Assembly (NCBI GenBank): GCA_963717935.1
Contig: CAVQXP010000004.1
Location: 1,792,001 to 1,856,000, forward strand
Length of the DNA: 64,000 nucleotides
Source of the DNA: Candidatus Eiseniibacteriota bacterium
Lineage (GTDB): Bacteria; Eisenbacteria; RBG-16-71-46
Direction of reading: 5' to 3'
The notes beneath the pieces are model-generated. The model ran no database searches. It was not told the origin of the DNA and was given only the letters and a program-made list of their open reading frames with translations. Of the stretch, positions 10,001 through 21,986 are shown piece after piece. A program made the position numbers and the translations under genes. How positions within the stretch are numbered: position 1 is the first letter of the stretch; every line of letters starts with the position of its first letter.

Positions 10001-10942
10001 GCCCCGGCCGAACCGGTGGCGGTCCTCGTGACGCCGACTGCGTCCGGCGAGGCCGATATGCTCCCGGCGCCGGTCCTGGATACGCTCCTGCCGGCGGACG
10101 TCGTGCCCCTCGAGGCGACGGAGCCGCAGGACGCGGCCGAGCTGGAGAGCGCTGCGGGGGCGGAGGGCACCGGTGAGGCAGTGGCCGGAGGCCAGCTCGA
10201 GTTCACGCTGGTGTGCGAGGCCGAGCCGCCGAGCCTGCCGTCCGCGGCGCCGGAGTCGCCAGTGGCCGAATGGCTGGCGGATGCGCCTCCGGCAGCGCTG
10301 GTCACGGAAGTGCCGGTGGCCGAAATCCCGGCTGAGGCGCTGACCGTCATGCCGGCCGCAGAAGAGCAGGTCGTAGAGTCCGCGGTCTTCGCGCCTGCGG
10401 TCGAAGAGGCCGGATCCATGCCTCCGGCAGGCGCGGTGGAGGCGGACGAAGCGGTGCCGGTGCCCCAGGCCGGGACGGCTTCCGAGGTGGCGGACGAGGT
10501 CGAGTCGGCGGCGCCTTCTTCGCAGGGGCCTGTGCGTCTCGAGATCGTCGAATCACCGGCGCGGGAAGTCCCGCCAGCGCCGGAGCCCACCGCCGTATTC
10601 GATCTCGCTCGACTCGAGCTGGCGAGCATGGGGCTTCCGAGCCTGCGCAAGGCCCTGCTGAGCGCGTTCCTGAGCGAGATCAGCCCCTTCCTCGAGAAGC
10701 TCTCGTGGACGCTGAGTGACGAGGACGCCCAGCAGGTCTCGTCGGAAGCGCATGCGCTCGCGGTGCTGTCCAGTTCGATTGGCGCCATCGCCTGCGCCGA
10801 GGCGCTCGAAGAGCTGGAGCGCCGCGGTGCGGACGGGACGCTGAAGGCTTCCGACCCGATTCTGCGGCGTTGCTACGGGCAGGGGCTCGGTGCCACGACG
10901 GAGGTGCGCACGCTGCTGGCGGAGGAACGCCGGGCCGCCTGA
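7002..10942 (+). CDS. Hybrid sensor pseudo-kinase (PAS, degenerate HisKA/HATPase, two REC, acidic repeat linker, Hpt), split by a frameshift at the G8 tract 8085-8092
   Basis: ORF from 7002 carries PAS and HisKA/HATPase N-half; ORF 8099-10942 continues LAVIRRLAELMGG...YWFDVDL, two REC domains and a C-terminal Hpt (EAHAL...SIGA). Confidence 0.8.
9563..9910 (+). repeat. Four tandem 87-bp in-frame repeats
   Basis: Units start at 9563, 9650, 9737 and 9824; each encodes ~PTSHEPVETVEPAPVAPVAAMEVVAEQMA (29 aa). Confidence 0.95.
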
Positions 10943-11410
10943 TCGACGCTCCGCAGGCCGTCACGCACGGATCGAGACGCGACCTTGCGGCCGGGCGCAG
11001 TCCCACGCCCGGTCGTGAGGTGTGAGGCTTCCAGCGTCAACGTCCCCGACTCTCCAGCCGCGTGGCCGGCGCTCGCCACGATGCTCCTGGCCGTGCTGGT
11101 GCTCGCGCCGGTCCGGACGAGCCCCTTCATCTGCCTGCGATCCTGAGCGCGGCTGGGCCCGCCGGGCGGGACCGGCGGGCCGGCGGATCGCCGCCGCGGC
11201 GGTTCTGGCCGATGCGCCCGATTCCCCCTGGAAAGAGCGGGCGGGACGGACTTCTGCAGGCCATTCGGAGCCCGCGTGCCCCCGCCAATTCTGTGGGTGT
11301 GGCCTGGCCCACGTGCGCGGGAGAGGCCTTTTCCGGTAGTCTCACCGGACGTAGTGTGCACTCTGAGTATTCTCGGCTGATTGAAGCCTTGGACATCGAG
11401 GAGAGTGACC

Positions 11411-12807
11411 ATGCCCAGCGTGGAAGAGAAACCCAAGCCGTTCCTGGTGCCCGAGTACTGCAAGGGCTGCGGCCGTTGCGTGAGCGTGTGCACGAAGGGC
11501 TGCATCGCCTTTGCCGACGAGATCAATCCCACCACGGGCCTCGTCCCGGTCGTGCTGGACCTGGAGAAGTGCACGGGCTGTGGCCTGTGCATCGACGCCT
11601 GCCCGGAGCCCTACGGACTGCGCGCCCTGCGCGCAGGGCGAGACCTACGAACTGCAGGACCCCGCCAAGCTGTTCGGGGCCCGGCCGAGCAGTGCCCCTG
11701 AGCCCGTGGACATCCCGGCCCAGCGGGTGCCCCTGCCGAAGACCCAGCCCCTCATCATCAAGGGCAACTACGCGACCGCCGTCGGTGCCCTGCTGGCCGG
11801 CTGCCGCCACTTCTACGGCTACCCCATCACCCCCTCCACCGAGGGCGCGGAGCTGATGGCCAAGCTGCTGCCCAAGCTGAACGGAGTCTTCCTCCAGGCG
11901 GTCTCCGAGGTCGCCACCGTGAACCACATGTACGGCACCGGCGGCGCCGGCATCGGCGTCCCTGACGTTCACCTCCGGCCCCGGCTTCTCGCTGATGCTG
12001 GAGGGCATCTCCTACATGGTGGGTTCCGAGTTGCCCGGCGTGTTCGTGAACATCATGCGCGGCGGCCCCGGCCTCGGGAACATCGCCCCCGAGCAGTCCG
12101 ACGTGAAGCTGGCCTGCCGCGGCCTGGGCCACGGGCACACCCACTGCATCACGCTGATGCCCAGCACCCCGCAGGAGATGCTGGACTACGCCATCCTGGC
12201 GTTCGAGCTGACCTTCAAGTACCGGAACCCGGTCGTCCTGCTGGCCGACGGGTACCTGGGCCAGATGACCGGCAAGGTCCAGCTCCCCGATTACATGGTG
12301 AAGCCGGGCATCCCGAAATGGGCGGTCTACGGTGACAAGGACCATCGCGGGAACCTCATCTCCTCGATCCAGCTCCAGGAGCTCGACTTGGAGAAGTTCA
12401 ACGCGCACCTGGAAGAGAAGTACCAGTCCATGAAGGCGGAGGCGCGGGCCGAGTCCTACATGACGGAGGACGCCGAGGTCCTGCTGGTGGCCTGCAACAC
12501 GCCTGCCCGCGCCGCCAAGGGCGCCGTGAAGAGTCTGCGCGACCAGGGCGTCAAGGTGGGTCTCTTCCGTCCGATCACGATGTGGCCCTTCCCGGTCCGG
12601 CAGCTCGAAGCCCTGCTTCCCGGGGCCAGGCGCATCGTCGTGGTCGAGGCCAACGCGGGCGGCCAGATCATGGACGAACTGCGGCTGAGCATGAGCCAGG
12701 CGGGCGTCGAGAAGCTGCCCCCCCTCACTTACGTGCGCCGGTTCGGCGGGATGCTGCCCCAGCAGACCGAGATCGTCGACCACGTGAACTCCATCCTCGG
12801 CAAATAG
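11411..12807 (+). CDS. 2-oxoacid:ferredoxin oxidoreductase, 2x[4Fe-4S] ferredoxin fused to alpha subunit (Vor-like), with two apparent frameshifts (~11635, ~11955)
   Basis: CKGCGRCVSVC and CTGCGLCIDACP; then KGN...YGYPITPSTE; then TSGPGFSLMLEGISY and MRGGPGLGNIAPEQSD, in three successive frames. Confidence 0.85.
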
Positions 12808-12817
12808 GGAGGCCCTC

Positions 12818-14251
<1,434 letters not shown>

Positions 14252-14266
14252 CCCTCATCGGTGCAG

Positions 14267-14296
14267 ACGAAGGCCCGGCGATCGCCGGGCCTTCGT
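14267..14296. terminator. Perfect 30-bp palindrome, probable bidirectional terminator
   Basis: ACGAAGGCCCGGCGA-TCGCCGGGCCTTCGT between convergent genes; no U-tract. Confidence 0.65.
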
Positions 14297-14348
14297 GCTA
14301 TCGGAGAGATGGAGTCCGCGGCGTGCTCGCGCGCGGGCCGGAGCGCCA

Positions 14349-14918
14349 TCAGAGCAGGGGGGAAGCGCTCCCGGAAGGTGGATGGGGTCGTCCCGCGTCC
14401 GCTCCACCGGCGCCCGCTCCACCCGGGAAGACCACGCGCTGATAGAACACGAACTTCGCCATCATCGAGACCACCAGGATCCCGACCAGGGCCACGACGT
14501 AGTGGATTCCGAACAGACGATGACAGACGAGGAACGCGACGTATTCGCTGCCACGGAAGCCGCCCGACGCCAGCGCGAAGAGGAGCAACTGCCTGCGGAA
14601 GTCCTGCGCGTGGGCGTCGAATACGAAATAGCGGCAGGCCAGGAAGTTCATGACGAACACGAAGCCGATCGCGATGGCGAGCGCAGCCTCGGGTGCCAGG
14701 TGGAGCCTCTCCGTCAGCAACACGGTCAGGCCGACGTTGGTGAGAAAGCTCACTCCTCCCAGGCCGACGAATCGCAACGCCCTGGGGAGATCGATCTTCA
14801 GGACGCGGTTCCAGAACGGTGCCCGTGGCCCATCGCCGGGGGTCCCCCTCCCGAGCCCGCCGGGACCATCCGCCGCGGCCTGCTCTTCGCCACCCTGCGG
14901 GCCCGGGCCGGGGTGCAC
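14349..14918 (-). CDS. GtrA family flippase-like membrane protein
   Basis: LRFVGLGGVSFLTN, MNFLACRYFVF and KFVFYQRVVF; four TM segments; GTG start just after the GT2 stop. Confidence 0.82.
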   Translation of the reverse strand: MHPGPGPQGGEEQAAADGPGGLGRGTPGDGPRAPFWNRVLKIDLPRALRFVGLGGVSFLTNVGLTVLLTERLHLAPEAALAIAIGFVFVMNFLACRYFVFDAHAQDFRRQLLLFALASGGFRGSEYVAFLVCHRLFGIHYVVALVGILVVSMMAKFVFYQRVVFPGGAGAGGADAGRPHPPSGSASPLL

Positions 14919-14920
14919 GC

Positions 14921-15841
14921 TCAGGTCGAGCTCCGCTTGTGGATCAAGTCCGCCACCAGGGCGAACGTCGCCATGTTCAGGCTCACAACCAGCAGGATCA
15001 GCGTCTTGTCGGTCAGGTTGTGCAGCCAGAAGATGTCGTAGGTCGCGCTGGCGAAGAACAGGAAGAAGAGGAACAGCGCCGGTGAGATGAAGGTGCGAAA
15101 TGGCGCGAAGTACGTGCCGGTCCGAAGGATGAGCATCAGGAAGCGCATGGTGTCGCGGATCGGGTCGATCTTCGACTTGCCGACCCGTTTCGCGTAACTG
15201 ATGGGGATGTAGCGGACCGTGAAGTAGTTCATGAGGAGGGCGACGGTGATCGTCGTCGTGAAGCTGAATCCGTCCGGCAGCAGGTGAATGAATCGCTCGG
15301 CGAGGTCCTTGCGGAAGACCCGCAGTCCCGAGTTCATGTCGTCGATCCGGCATCGGGTCACCCACTCCGCATAGTGTCGCAGGAGCGTCCGCGGCAGGCG
15401 TCTCAGCCAGGTATCGTGGGCGCCCGGCGCGGTCCGCGCCCCGACCACCATGTGGGCGCCGTCGGTGGCCGCGAGCAGATCGCCGATCCGGTCGTTGGGG
15501 TAGGTGCCGTCGGCATCGGTGATGCAGATCCACTCGTAACGCGAGTGACGAAGCCCGGTCTTGAGCGCCGCGCCGTATCCCCGGTTCGACTCGTGTCGCA
15601 CCACGGAGACGCCCGGCACGCCTCGTGCGGCTGCGCTCGTGCCGTCCGTGGAACCATCGTCGACGACGATGACCTCGAAGGTGACTGCGGGAAGGGAGCT
15701 CAACGTCTCGAGAAGAGACGTGAGCACCGGACGGATCCCATGTTCCTCATTGTAGGCGGGCACGACCACGGAGACAGACCGCTGCGGCGGGTGGCCGGGC
15801 TCGATGCGCGCGTCGGTCGCGGTCGAGCTCACGGCAGCCAT
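14921..15841 (-). CDS. Family 2 glycosyltransferase (DPM1/GtrB-like) with two C-terminal TM helices
   Basis: VVVPAYNEE, VDDGSTDGT, NRGYGAALKTG, TDADGTY and DMNSGLRVF. Confidence 0.92.
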   Translation of the reverse strand: MAAVSSTATDARIEPGHPPQRSVSVVVPAYNEEHGIRPVLTSLLETLSSLPAVTFEVIVVDDGSTDGTSAAARGVPGVSVVRHESNRGYGAALKTGLRHSRYEWICITDADGTYPNDRIGDLLAATDGAHMVVGARTAPGAHDTWLRRLPRTLLRHYAEWVTRCRIDDMNSGLRVFRKDLAERFIHLLPDGFSFTTTITVALLMNYFTVRYIPISYAKRVGKSKIDPIRDTMRFLMLILRTGTYFAPFRTFISPALFLFFLFFASATYDIFWLHNLTDKTLILLVVSLNMATFALVADLIHKRSST

Positions 15842-16167
15842 CCTGCCGCGGGAGCGTCCGCTACGGGCGCCCAGGGCGGGCCGCATGTGGCCTCGCGGGG
15901 GCGGGGGACCGTGCTGCAGGGGAAGGCCACTTTCAACCTCCACACGCGATGACCCTCGACGCGGCGGGTGTTCGAAGGAGGCCGGACGCCGGCTCCGCAC
16001 GCGCCGACTGCGCTGCGACGCAGAACGAACGAGTCTGGATGGTAGTGCCCTGAGTAGGAGCCTGCAAGCGGGCTCGGCGCTGTTGCGCGAGGCGTTTGCT
16101 TGCGGTACAAGGATTCGAGCGGGCGGCGAAGGGTCGGCCGCGCGCCTCTCTTTCCGAGCAAGGAGCC

Positions 16168-17085
16168 ATGATGGCACCGCGTCCCGAACTCGTCGTCATG
16201 GCCGCCGGCGTGGGCTCACGCTTCGGCGGCCTCAAGCAGCTCGAGCCGGTCGGACCCGGCGGCGAGAAGCTCATCGACTACTCGATCTTCGACGCGCTGC
16301 GCGCCGGCGTGGAGCGCGTGGTCTTCGTCGTCCGCCGCGACCTGGAGGCCGATTTCCACGCGCTCGTGGGCGCGCGCTTCACGGGCCGGGCGGAGGTCGT
16401 GTACGCGCACCAGGAGCTCGACGACGTGCCGGCCGGCTTCGCCCCGCCCGCGGGCCGTGCCAAGCCGTGGGGCACGGCGCACGCGATCCTCGCCGCGCGC
16501 AAGGTCGTGCGTGCGCCCTTCCTGGTCATCAACGCGGACGACTTCTACGGCGCCGCCGCGTACGGCGTCGCGGCTGATTTCCTGCGCGCGCCCGCCGGCG
16601 CGCCGCCCGAGCGGTGGGCGATGGTCGGCTACCACCTGGCCAACACGCTCTCCGCGCACGGCACCGTGTCGCGCGGGGTGTGCACGGTCGGACCCGGCGG
16701 TCTGCTTCGCGACATCGTGGAACGGACCGCGCTCGCGCCGTGCGACGGCGGCGCGCGCGCGACCGGGCCGGACGGCGGCGACCGCCGCTACGCGGGCGAC
16801 ACGCCGGTCTCGATGAACTTCTGGGTGTTCACGCCCGCGATCTTCCCGCACCTCGCGGAGCGCTTCGCCCGCTTCCTGGACGCGGAGGGGCGGGACCTCA
16901 AGTCCGAGTTCTACATCCCGGCCGTCGTGAAAGCGCTCATGGACGAGCGCCTCGCCACGGTGCGTGTGCTCGACTCGCCCGACGCCTGGTTCGGCATGAC
17001 TCACCGCGAGGACCGCGACGCCGTCGCGGCGCGGCTGCGGGAACTGGTCGCCCGTGGCGACTATCCGGCGAGGCTCTGGGGCTAG
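16168..17085 (+). CDS. Sugar-phosphate nucleotidyltransferase family protein
   Basis: VVMAAGVGSRFGGLKQL, KPWGTAHA, INADDFYG and SMNFW; AGGAG RBS. Confidence 0.88.
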   Translation: MMAPRPELVVMAAGVGSRFGGLKQLEPVGPGGEKLIDYSIFDALRAGVERVVFVVRRDLEADFHALVGARFTGRAEVVYAHQELDDVPAGFAPPAGRAKPWGTAHAILAARKVVRAPFLVINADDFYGAAAYGVAADFLRAPAGAPPERWAMVGYHLANTLSAHGTVSRGVCTVGPGGLLRDIVERTALAPCDGGARATGPDGGDRRYAGDTPVSMNFWVFTPAIFPHLAERFARFLDAEGRDLKSEFYIPAVVKALMDERLATVRVLDSPDAWFGMTHREDRDAVAARLRELVARGDYPARLWG

Positions 17086-17113
17086 GTTGTCCTCTTCTTC
17101 CCTCTGACGGATC

Positions 17114-18757
17114 GTGACGAACGCGATGCCGAAGGCCGACCCTTCCCGACCTGACTGCTGCCGCCCGCCCGGCTGGGCCTGGCTGGCGCTACCGCTCTTC
17201 GCCGGTCTCCTCCTGGCCGGCATGCACGCGCACGAGCTCTGGCGGGACGAGACCCAGGCCTGGGCGGTGACGCGCGACAGCGCATCGCTGGTTGAGTTGC
17301 TGGGGCGGAGCCTGCGGTACGAGGGGCACCCCCCGCTCTGGTACGTGCTCCTCTTCCCGCTGACGCGGCTGACTCATGACCCGCGGGCCATGCAGGTCCT
17401 GCAGGCGCTCATCGCCATGGGTTGCGCCGCGCTGATCCTGGCCCGGGCGCCCTTCCCGCGCTACCAGCGGGTCCTCCTGATCTTCGGGTACTTCCCGTTC
17501 TACGAGTGGGGCGTGCTGTCGCGGAACTACGCGCTCGGGCTCCTGGCGCTGCTGGCGGCGCTGGCGCTCTACCCGCGCCGGCGCGAGCGCCCCGTGGAAC
17601 TGGCCCTGCTGCTGGCGCTGATGGCCCTGAGCAATGCCTACAGTATGATCATCGCCGGGGCATTCGCGGCCGTGCTGATCGGGGAACTGCTGCAGGAGCG
17701 GGCCAGCGGGCGGTCGCCGCCCGGTCGCGGACCGGAGCGGGCGCTGGCCCTGGCGGTGTTTCTGGCCGGCATCGGGCTGGCCCTGGCCTACCTGATCCCG
17801 CCGCACGACCGCTGGTCGGGACAGACCTGGAGCTTCGGCCCGAAGCACCTGGTGGGCGCCGCGGCGGCGGTCTGGAACGGCTGGATGCCGTTGCCGAAGT
17901 TCACCGACTATCACTTCTGGAACACGAACATCCTGACGCTCGGTTCAGCGAACGCTACGCTGGTGGCGCGGGCCCTGCCGGGCGCCGCCCTGGGCCTGCT
18001 CGGGCTGGTGCTGCTGCGCCGCCGGCCCGTGGCGCAGCTCTTCTTCGCCCTGGCCACCGCGGGGATCCTGCTCCTGACCTATGCCCGCTGGCCGGGCTTC
18101 CTCCGGCACCATGGTCACTTCTTCCTGGTCTTCGTGGCCGCGCTCTGGATGGCAGCCCATCAGTCCGACAGCCCGCGGCCCTGGCCGGCGTGGCCGTCCC
18201 GCTTCGACCCGGGTCGGCTGGCACCGCTCATCCTGACCGTCCTGGCCCTGCTGCACGTGACCGCGGCCGCCTGGGCGTTCGGCATGGACCTGGCGTGGCC
18301 CTTCTCGGACAGCCGCGCGGCGGCGCACTGGATCCGGGAGCGCCACCTGGACCGGATGCCGATCGTGGGGAGCCGCGACTACCTGGTCTCGCCGCTCTCC
18401 ACCTACCTGGATCGGCCGATCTACTACCCGGAGTATGGCGCCTGGGGCGGTGGGTGGACGGCGCGCGTCCACGGCCATGGCTATGACCCGCGCCTTGCCC
18501 TCGACGCGGCTCGAAGTCTGGCCGCCAGGCGCGGCACGCCCGTGCTCCTGGTGCTGAGCCAGCCGCTGCCGGATGCCGCAGGGGAGGAGCCGCGGTCCCC
18601 GCTGGCGGCGTTCGACCGGAGCTTCCTGAAGTACGACAGCGGGTTCTCCCGCCTGGAACCCGAGTTCTATTATCTCTACGAGATCGTACCCGGCGACACG
18701 GCGGGCTCCTTGCGAATGGGACGCCCTTCGACGGCCCGGGATTCGGAGCTGCCGTAG
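17114..18757 (+). CDS. Polytopic membrane protein, possibly a GT-C-type glycosyltransferase
   Basis: Many TM segments; HELWRDE and YEGHPPLWY after TM1, a pattern seen in GT-C fold proteins. Confidence 0.6.
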   Translation: MTNAMPKADPSRPDCCRPPGWAWLALPLFAGLLLAGMHAHELWRDETQAWAVTRDSASLVELLGRSLRYEGHPPLWYVLLFPLTRLTHDPRAMQVLQALIAMGCAALILARAPFPRYQRVLLIFGYFPFYEWGVLSRNYALGLLALLAALALYPRRRERPVELALLLALMALSNAYSMIIAGAFAAVLIGELLQERASGRSPPGRGPERALALAVFLAGIGLALAYLIPPHDRWSGQTWSFGPKHLVGAAAAVWNGWMPLPKFTDYHFWNTNILTLGSANATLVARALPGAALGLLGLVLLRRRPVAQLFFALATAGILLLTYARWPGFLRHHGHFFLVFVAALWMAAHQSDSPRPWPAWPSRFDPGRLAPLILTVLALLHVTAAAWAFGMDLAWPFSDSRAAAHWIRERHLDRMPIVGSRDYLVSPLSTYLDRPIYYPEYGAWGGGWTARVHGHGYDPRLALDAARSLAARRGTPVLLVLSQPLPDAAGEEPRSPLAAFDRSFLKYDSGFSRLEPEFYYLYEIVPGDTAGSLRMGRPSTARDSELP

Positions 18758-18816
18758 GCGGCGCGGTGTTCGAGTCGGCGCCCCCCCACGGCGCCCGGAC
18801 AGGGAGATCCCGACCG

Positions 18817-19740
18817 ATGGACATCCTCGAGGCCATTGGCAACACCTCGATGGTTCGACTTCGCAAGGTCGTTCCAGCCGGCTGCGCGGACATCTTCGTG
18901 AAGCTCGAGTGGGAGAACCCCACCGGCAGTGTGAAGGACCGGATGGCGCGGGCCGTGATCTCGCGGGCGGAGCAGGACGGTCGGCTGAAGCCCGGCGACA
19001 CCGTCGTCGAGTACACCGGTGGCAGCACGGGGGCAGCGCTCGCGCTGGTCTGCGCCGCCAGGGGCTACCGTCTGCAGATCGTCAGCTCCGACGCGTTCAG
19101 CCGGGAGAAGCTGGATCACATGGTGGCGCTGGGTGCGGAGCTGACGATTGTTCGAAGCGAGGGAGGCCTGACCACCAGGAAGCTGATCCAGGACATGATC
19201 GAGGTCGCCCGCGGGTTGAGCCGGGAGCCGCACACGTACTGGACCGACCAGCTCAACAACCAGGACAGCATCGCGGGCTACCACTCGCTGGGCGAGGAGA
19301 TCTGGAGTCAGACGAAGGGGGAGATCGACGCCTTCGTCCACTGCGTGGGCACGGCGGCCTCGTTGCGTGGGGTCGCCACCGTGCTGAAGCGGCACAAACC
19401 GAGCGTCCGGATCGTCGCCGTGGAACCCGCGGAATCCTCGGTGTTGCTGGGAGGTCAGGCCGGGCCTCACAGGATCGAAGGGGTCGGGATCGGCTACACG
19501 CCGCCACTCTGGGAGCCGACGCTCGTGGACGACATCCTGCCGGTCGGAACGGACGCCGCGAAGGACATGGCAAGGCGCATCGCGCGCGAGGAGGCCCTCT
19601 TCGCGGGGACGTCCTCCGGTGCGAACGTCGCCGCCGCGATCCACGTGGCAGAGCGGCTGGGGCCGGATGCCAGGGTGGTCACGCTGATGGTTGACTCCGG
19701 CCTGAAATACGTGAGCACGGATGTATACAGGAGGAGATGA
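18817..19740 (+). CDS. Cysteine synthase family PLP enzyme
   Basis: AIGNT, KLEWENPTGSVKDR (PLP Lys), IEGVGIG and GTSSGAN. Confidence 0.9.
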   Translation: MDILEAIGNTSMVRLRKVVPAGCADIFVKLEWENPTGSVKDRMARAVISRAEQDGRLKPGDTVVEYTGGSTGAALALVCAARGYRLQIVSSDAFSREKLDHMVALGAELTIVRSEGGLTTRKLIQDMIEVARGLSREPHTYWTDQLNNQDSIAGYHSLGEEIWSQTKGEIDAFVHCVGTAASLRGVATVLKRHKPSVRIVAVEPAESSVLLGGQAGPHRIEGVGIGYTPPLWEPTLVDDILPVGTDAAKDMARRIAREEALFAGTSSGANVAAAIHVAERLGPDARVVTLMVDSGLKYVSTDVYRRR

Positions 19741-19921
19741 GGCTCGGTCCCGGTCACGGCGGGGTTGAACTGACGGCACCAGGCCGCCTGCACGAACCCG
19801 AAGGACTTGTGTCCGGCGGTGGAGGTTCTCGAGCCGCCCTAACCTGTCTCACCTCCGCGCCGCATGCCGAGCAGCACGAGCTAGTCGCGGTTGACGCGGA
19901 CCATGAAGGGGAGACGGCGGG

Positions 19922-21907
19922 TCATGCGGCCTCACGCAACCGGCCTTCAAGCTGCCGCGGCCTCACGCGAATGCGGGGCGGCTTCTGGGGCCGGACGCTC
20001 GCGTCCTTGCGACTGCTATCGTCGCCGCAGTACGGGCAGAAGCCCCAGGCCGGATCGAGCCGACGCCGGCAGTGCTCGCAGTGCTCGCCGACGAAGCTGC
20101 CGCAGGCGGGGCAGTAGTCGAACTCGCGCGCCAGAACCGCCTGGCAGTCCGGGCACACGCGTGCGCCCTCTTCCGACAGGTAGACGACCCGCGCCACCTC
20201 TTCGAGGGTGGTGAGCCCGGCCAACACCTTGCTCAATCCGTCCTCACCGACCGACCGCATCCCGGCCTCGATCGCGGCCTGCCGGATCGTGGAGTCGGGG
20301 GGGCGCTGGTGCACCAGGGCGGCGACGGCCTCGTCCACCTCGAGCACCTCGAAGATCCCGGTGCGGCCGTGGTAGCCGGTCTGACGGCAGTGCTGGCAGC
20401 CGCGGGCGCGGTAGAGCGTGACGGTGCCCTGGCCTGAGCTCCCGGACCCTTCGTCCGAGTGCAGACCGAGGCGGTTCAGGCTCGAGGCGGGCGCCTCGTA
20501 CGGTTCGCGGCACCGCGGGCAGAGCAGGCGCACCAGCCTCATGCTCACCACGCCGACGAGCGAGGAAGCCACCATGAAGGGCTCGAGCCCGAGATCCATG
20601 AGCCGGGTGATTGCGCCGGCGGCGTCGTTGGTGTGCACCGTGCTCAGCACCAGGTGCCCGGTGACCGAGGCGCGGAAGGCGATGCTGGCGGTCTCCTGGT
20701 CGCGGATCTCTCCGATCATGATGACGTCCGGGTCCTGCCGCAGGATGGCGCGCAGCGCGGCTGGGAAGGTCTTCTTGGCCTTCTCGTCCACCTGCACCTG
20801 GTTGATGCCCTGCAAGCGGTACTCCACCGGGTCCTCGACCGTCACGATGTTCTTGGTCTCGTGCTGGACATGACGAAGCGCGGAGTAGAGCAGGGTGGAC
20901 TTGCCCGAGCCGGTCGGACCGGTCGCGAGCAGGATCCCCTGGGGCCGGGCCAGATAGCGATGGAGCCGCCCGAGGTCGTCCGACTGCAGCCCGAGTTCCG
21001 TGAGTTCGATCTGGGCTCGCTGCTGATCCACGACCCGCATCACCACCTTCTCACCGCCGGTGACGGGCAGGGTCGAGACGCGCATGTCCACGCGCCGGCC
21101 GCGGATCTCCAGCATCAGCCGGCCGTCCTGCGGCTGGCGCCTCTCGGCGATGTCGAGGTCGGCGAGCACCTTGATCCGCGAGACGATCGCGCCCTGCGTC
21201 CACTTGGGCAGCCGCTGGATCTCCTGGAGCAACCCGTCCACCCGCAGCCGGACCAACAGCTCGCGGTCCTGGGGCTCGATGTGGATGTCACTCGCGCGCT
21301 CCTCGATCGCGCGGTGGAGCAGCCAGTTCGTGAGCCGCACGATAGGGCGGCCCTCGGACTCCTTGATCAGCACGTCGAGCGCCTCGGGGTGCGCCTCCTC
21401 GGACACGGCGCTCACGCTCAGCTCGGCCTCGGTGTTGATGATGCTCTCCACCACCTCGTTCACCGACGAGTCCAGGTGGTACGCGCGCTGGATGGCGTCG
21501 AGGATGCGCAAGGGCGCGGCGAGGACCGGCTTGATGAAGAGGCCGGAGTGGAATCGCAGGTCCTCGATCGCGGCGACGTTCATCGGGTCGGCCATCGCGA
21601 CGGTCAGCGTGGAGCGACCCTCCAGCTCGAGCGGGAGCGCGATGTACTTGCGGGCGATGTCTTCCTTGACCAGCGCGATCGCCGACTCGTCGGGCACGGT
21701 CTCGTCGAGGTCCACGAGGGGCAGTCCGAGCTGGTTTCGCAGGCACTCGAGCAGGGCCGTTTCGCTGAGCCGGCCGAGCTGGATGAGGGTCGCGCCCAGC
21801 ATCTGGCCTGTGCGGCGCTGCTCGTCGACGGCCTCGGCGAGATCACGGGGCGTGATGAGCTGCGCTTCGAGCAGCAGCTGGCCGAGGCGCTTGCGTTCTC
21901 TCGCCAT
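19922..21907 (-). CDS. GspE/PilB family secretion ATPase with N-terminal MshEN and C-terminal double zinc ribbon
   Basis: RLGQLLLEAQLI...LGATLIQLG (MshEN), ASDIHIEP, GPTGSGKST, LRQDPDVIMIGEIRD, TGHLVLSTVH, and C-terminal CPDC/CPAC/CEHC/CPYC. Confidence 0.92.
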   Translation of the reverse strand: MARERKRLGQLLLEAQLITPRDLAEAVDEQRRTGQMLGATLIQLGRLSETALLECLRNQLGLPLVDLDETVPDESAIALVKEDIARKYIALPLELEGRSTLTVAMADPMNVAAIEDLRFHSGLFIKPVLAAPLRILDAIQRAYHLDSSVNEVVESIINTEAELSVSAVSEEAHPEALDVLIKESEGRPIVRLTNWLLHRAIEERASDIHIEPQDRELLVRLRVDGLLQEIQRLPKWTQGAIVSRIKVLADLDIAERRQPQDGRLMLEIRGRRVDMRVSTLPVTGGEKVVMRVVDQQRAQIELTELGLQSDDLGRLHRYLARPQGILLATGPTGSGKSTLLYSALRHVQHETKNIVTVEDPVEYRLQGINQVQVDEKAKKTFPAALRAILRQDPDVIMIGEIRDQETASIAFRASVTGHLVLSTVHTNDAAGAITRLMDLGLEPFMVASSLVGVVSMRLVRLLCPRCREPYEAPASSLNRLGLHSDEGSGSSGQGTVTLYRARGCQHCRQTGYHGRTGIFEVLEVDEAVAALVHQRPPDSTIRQAAIEAGMRSVGEDGLSKVLAGLTTLEEVARVVYLSEEGARVCPDCQAVLAREFDYCPACGSFVGEHCEHCRRRLDPAWGFCPYCGDDSSRKDASVRPQKPPRIRVRPRQLEGRLREAA

Positions 21908-21958
21908 CCTTGGGCTCCTGGGGGTGAGATGGTCGGTCGGGGCAAAATGCCAAGTGGG

Positions 21959-21986
21959 TTATCGGCACGGTGGTGACGCGGGTTCA
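21959..21986 (-). promoter_or_regulatory. Putative sigma-28-like promoter
   Basis: Minus strand TGAA-N16-GCCGATAA (exact FliA -10 box) 52 nt upstream of the ATPase start. Confidence 0.5.

Noticed and set aside
16039..16059. Minus-strand ...GGGCACTACCA resembling a tRNA 3' end or att site
   Set aside because: No T-loop and no match to the tRNA-Glu sequence
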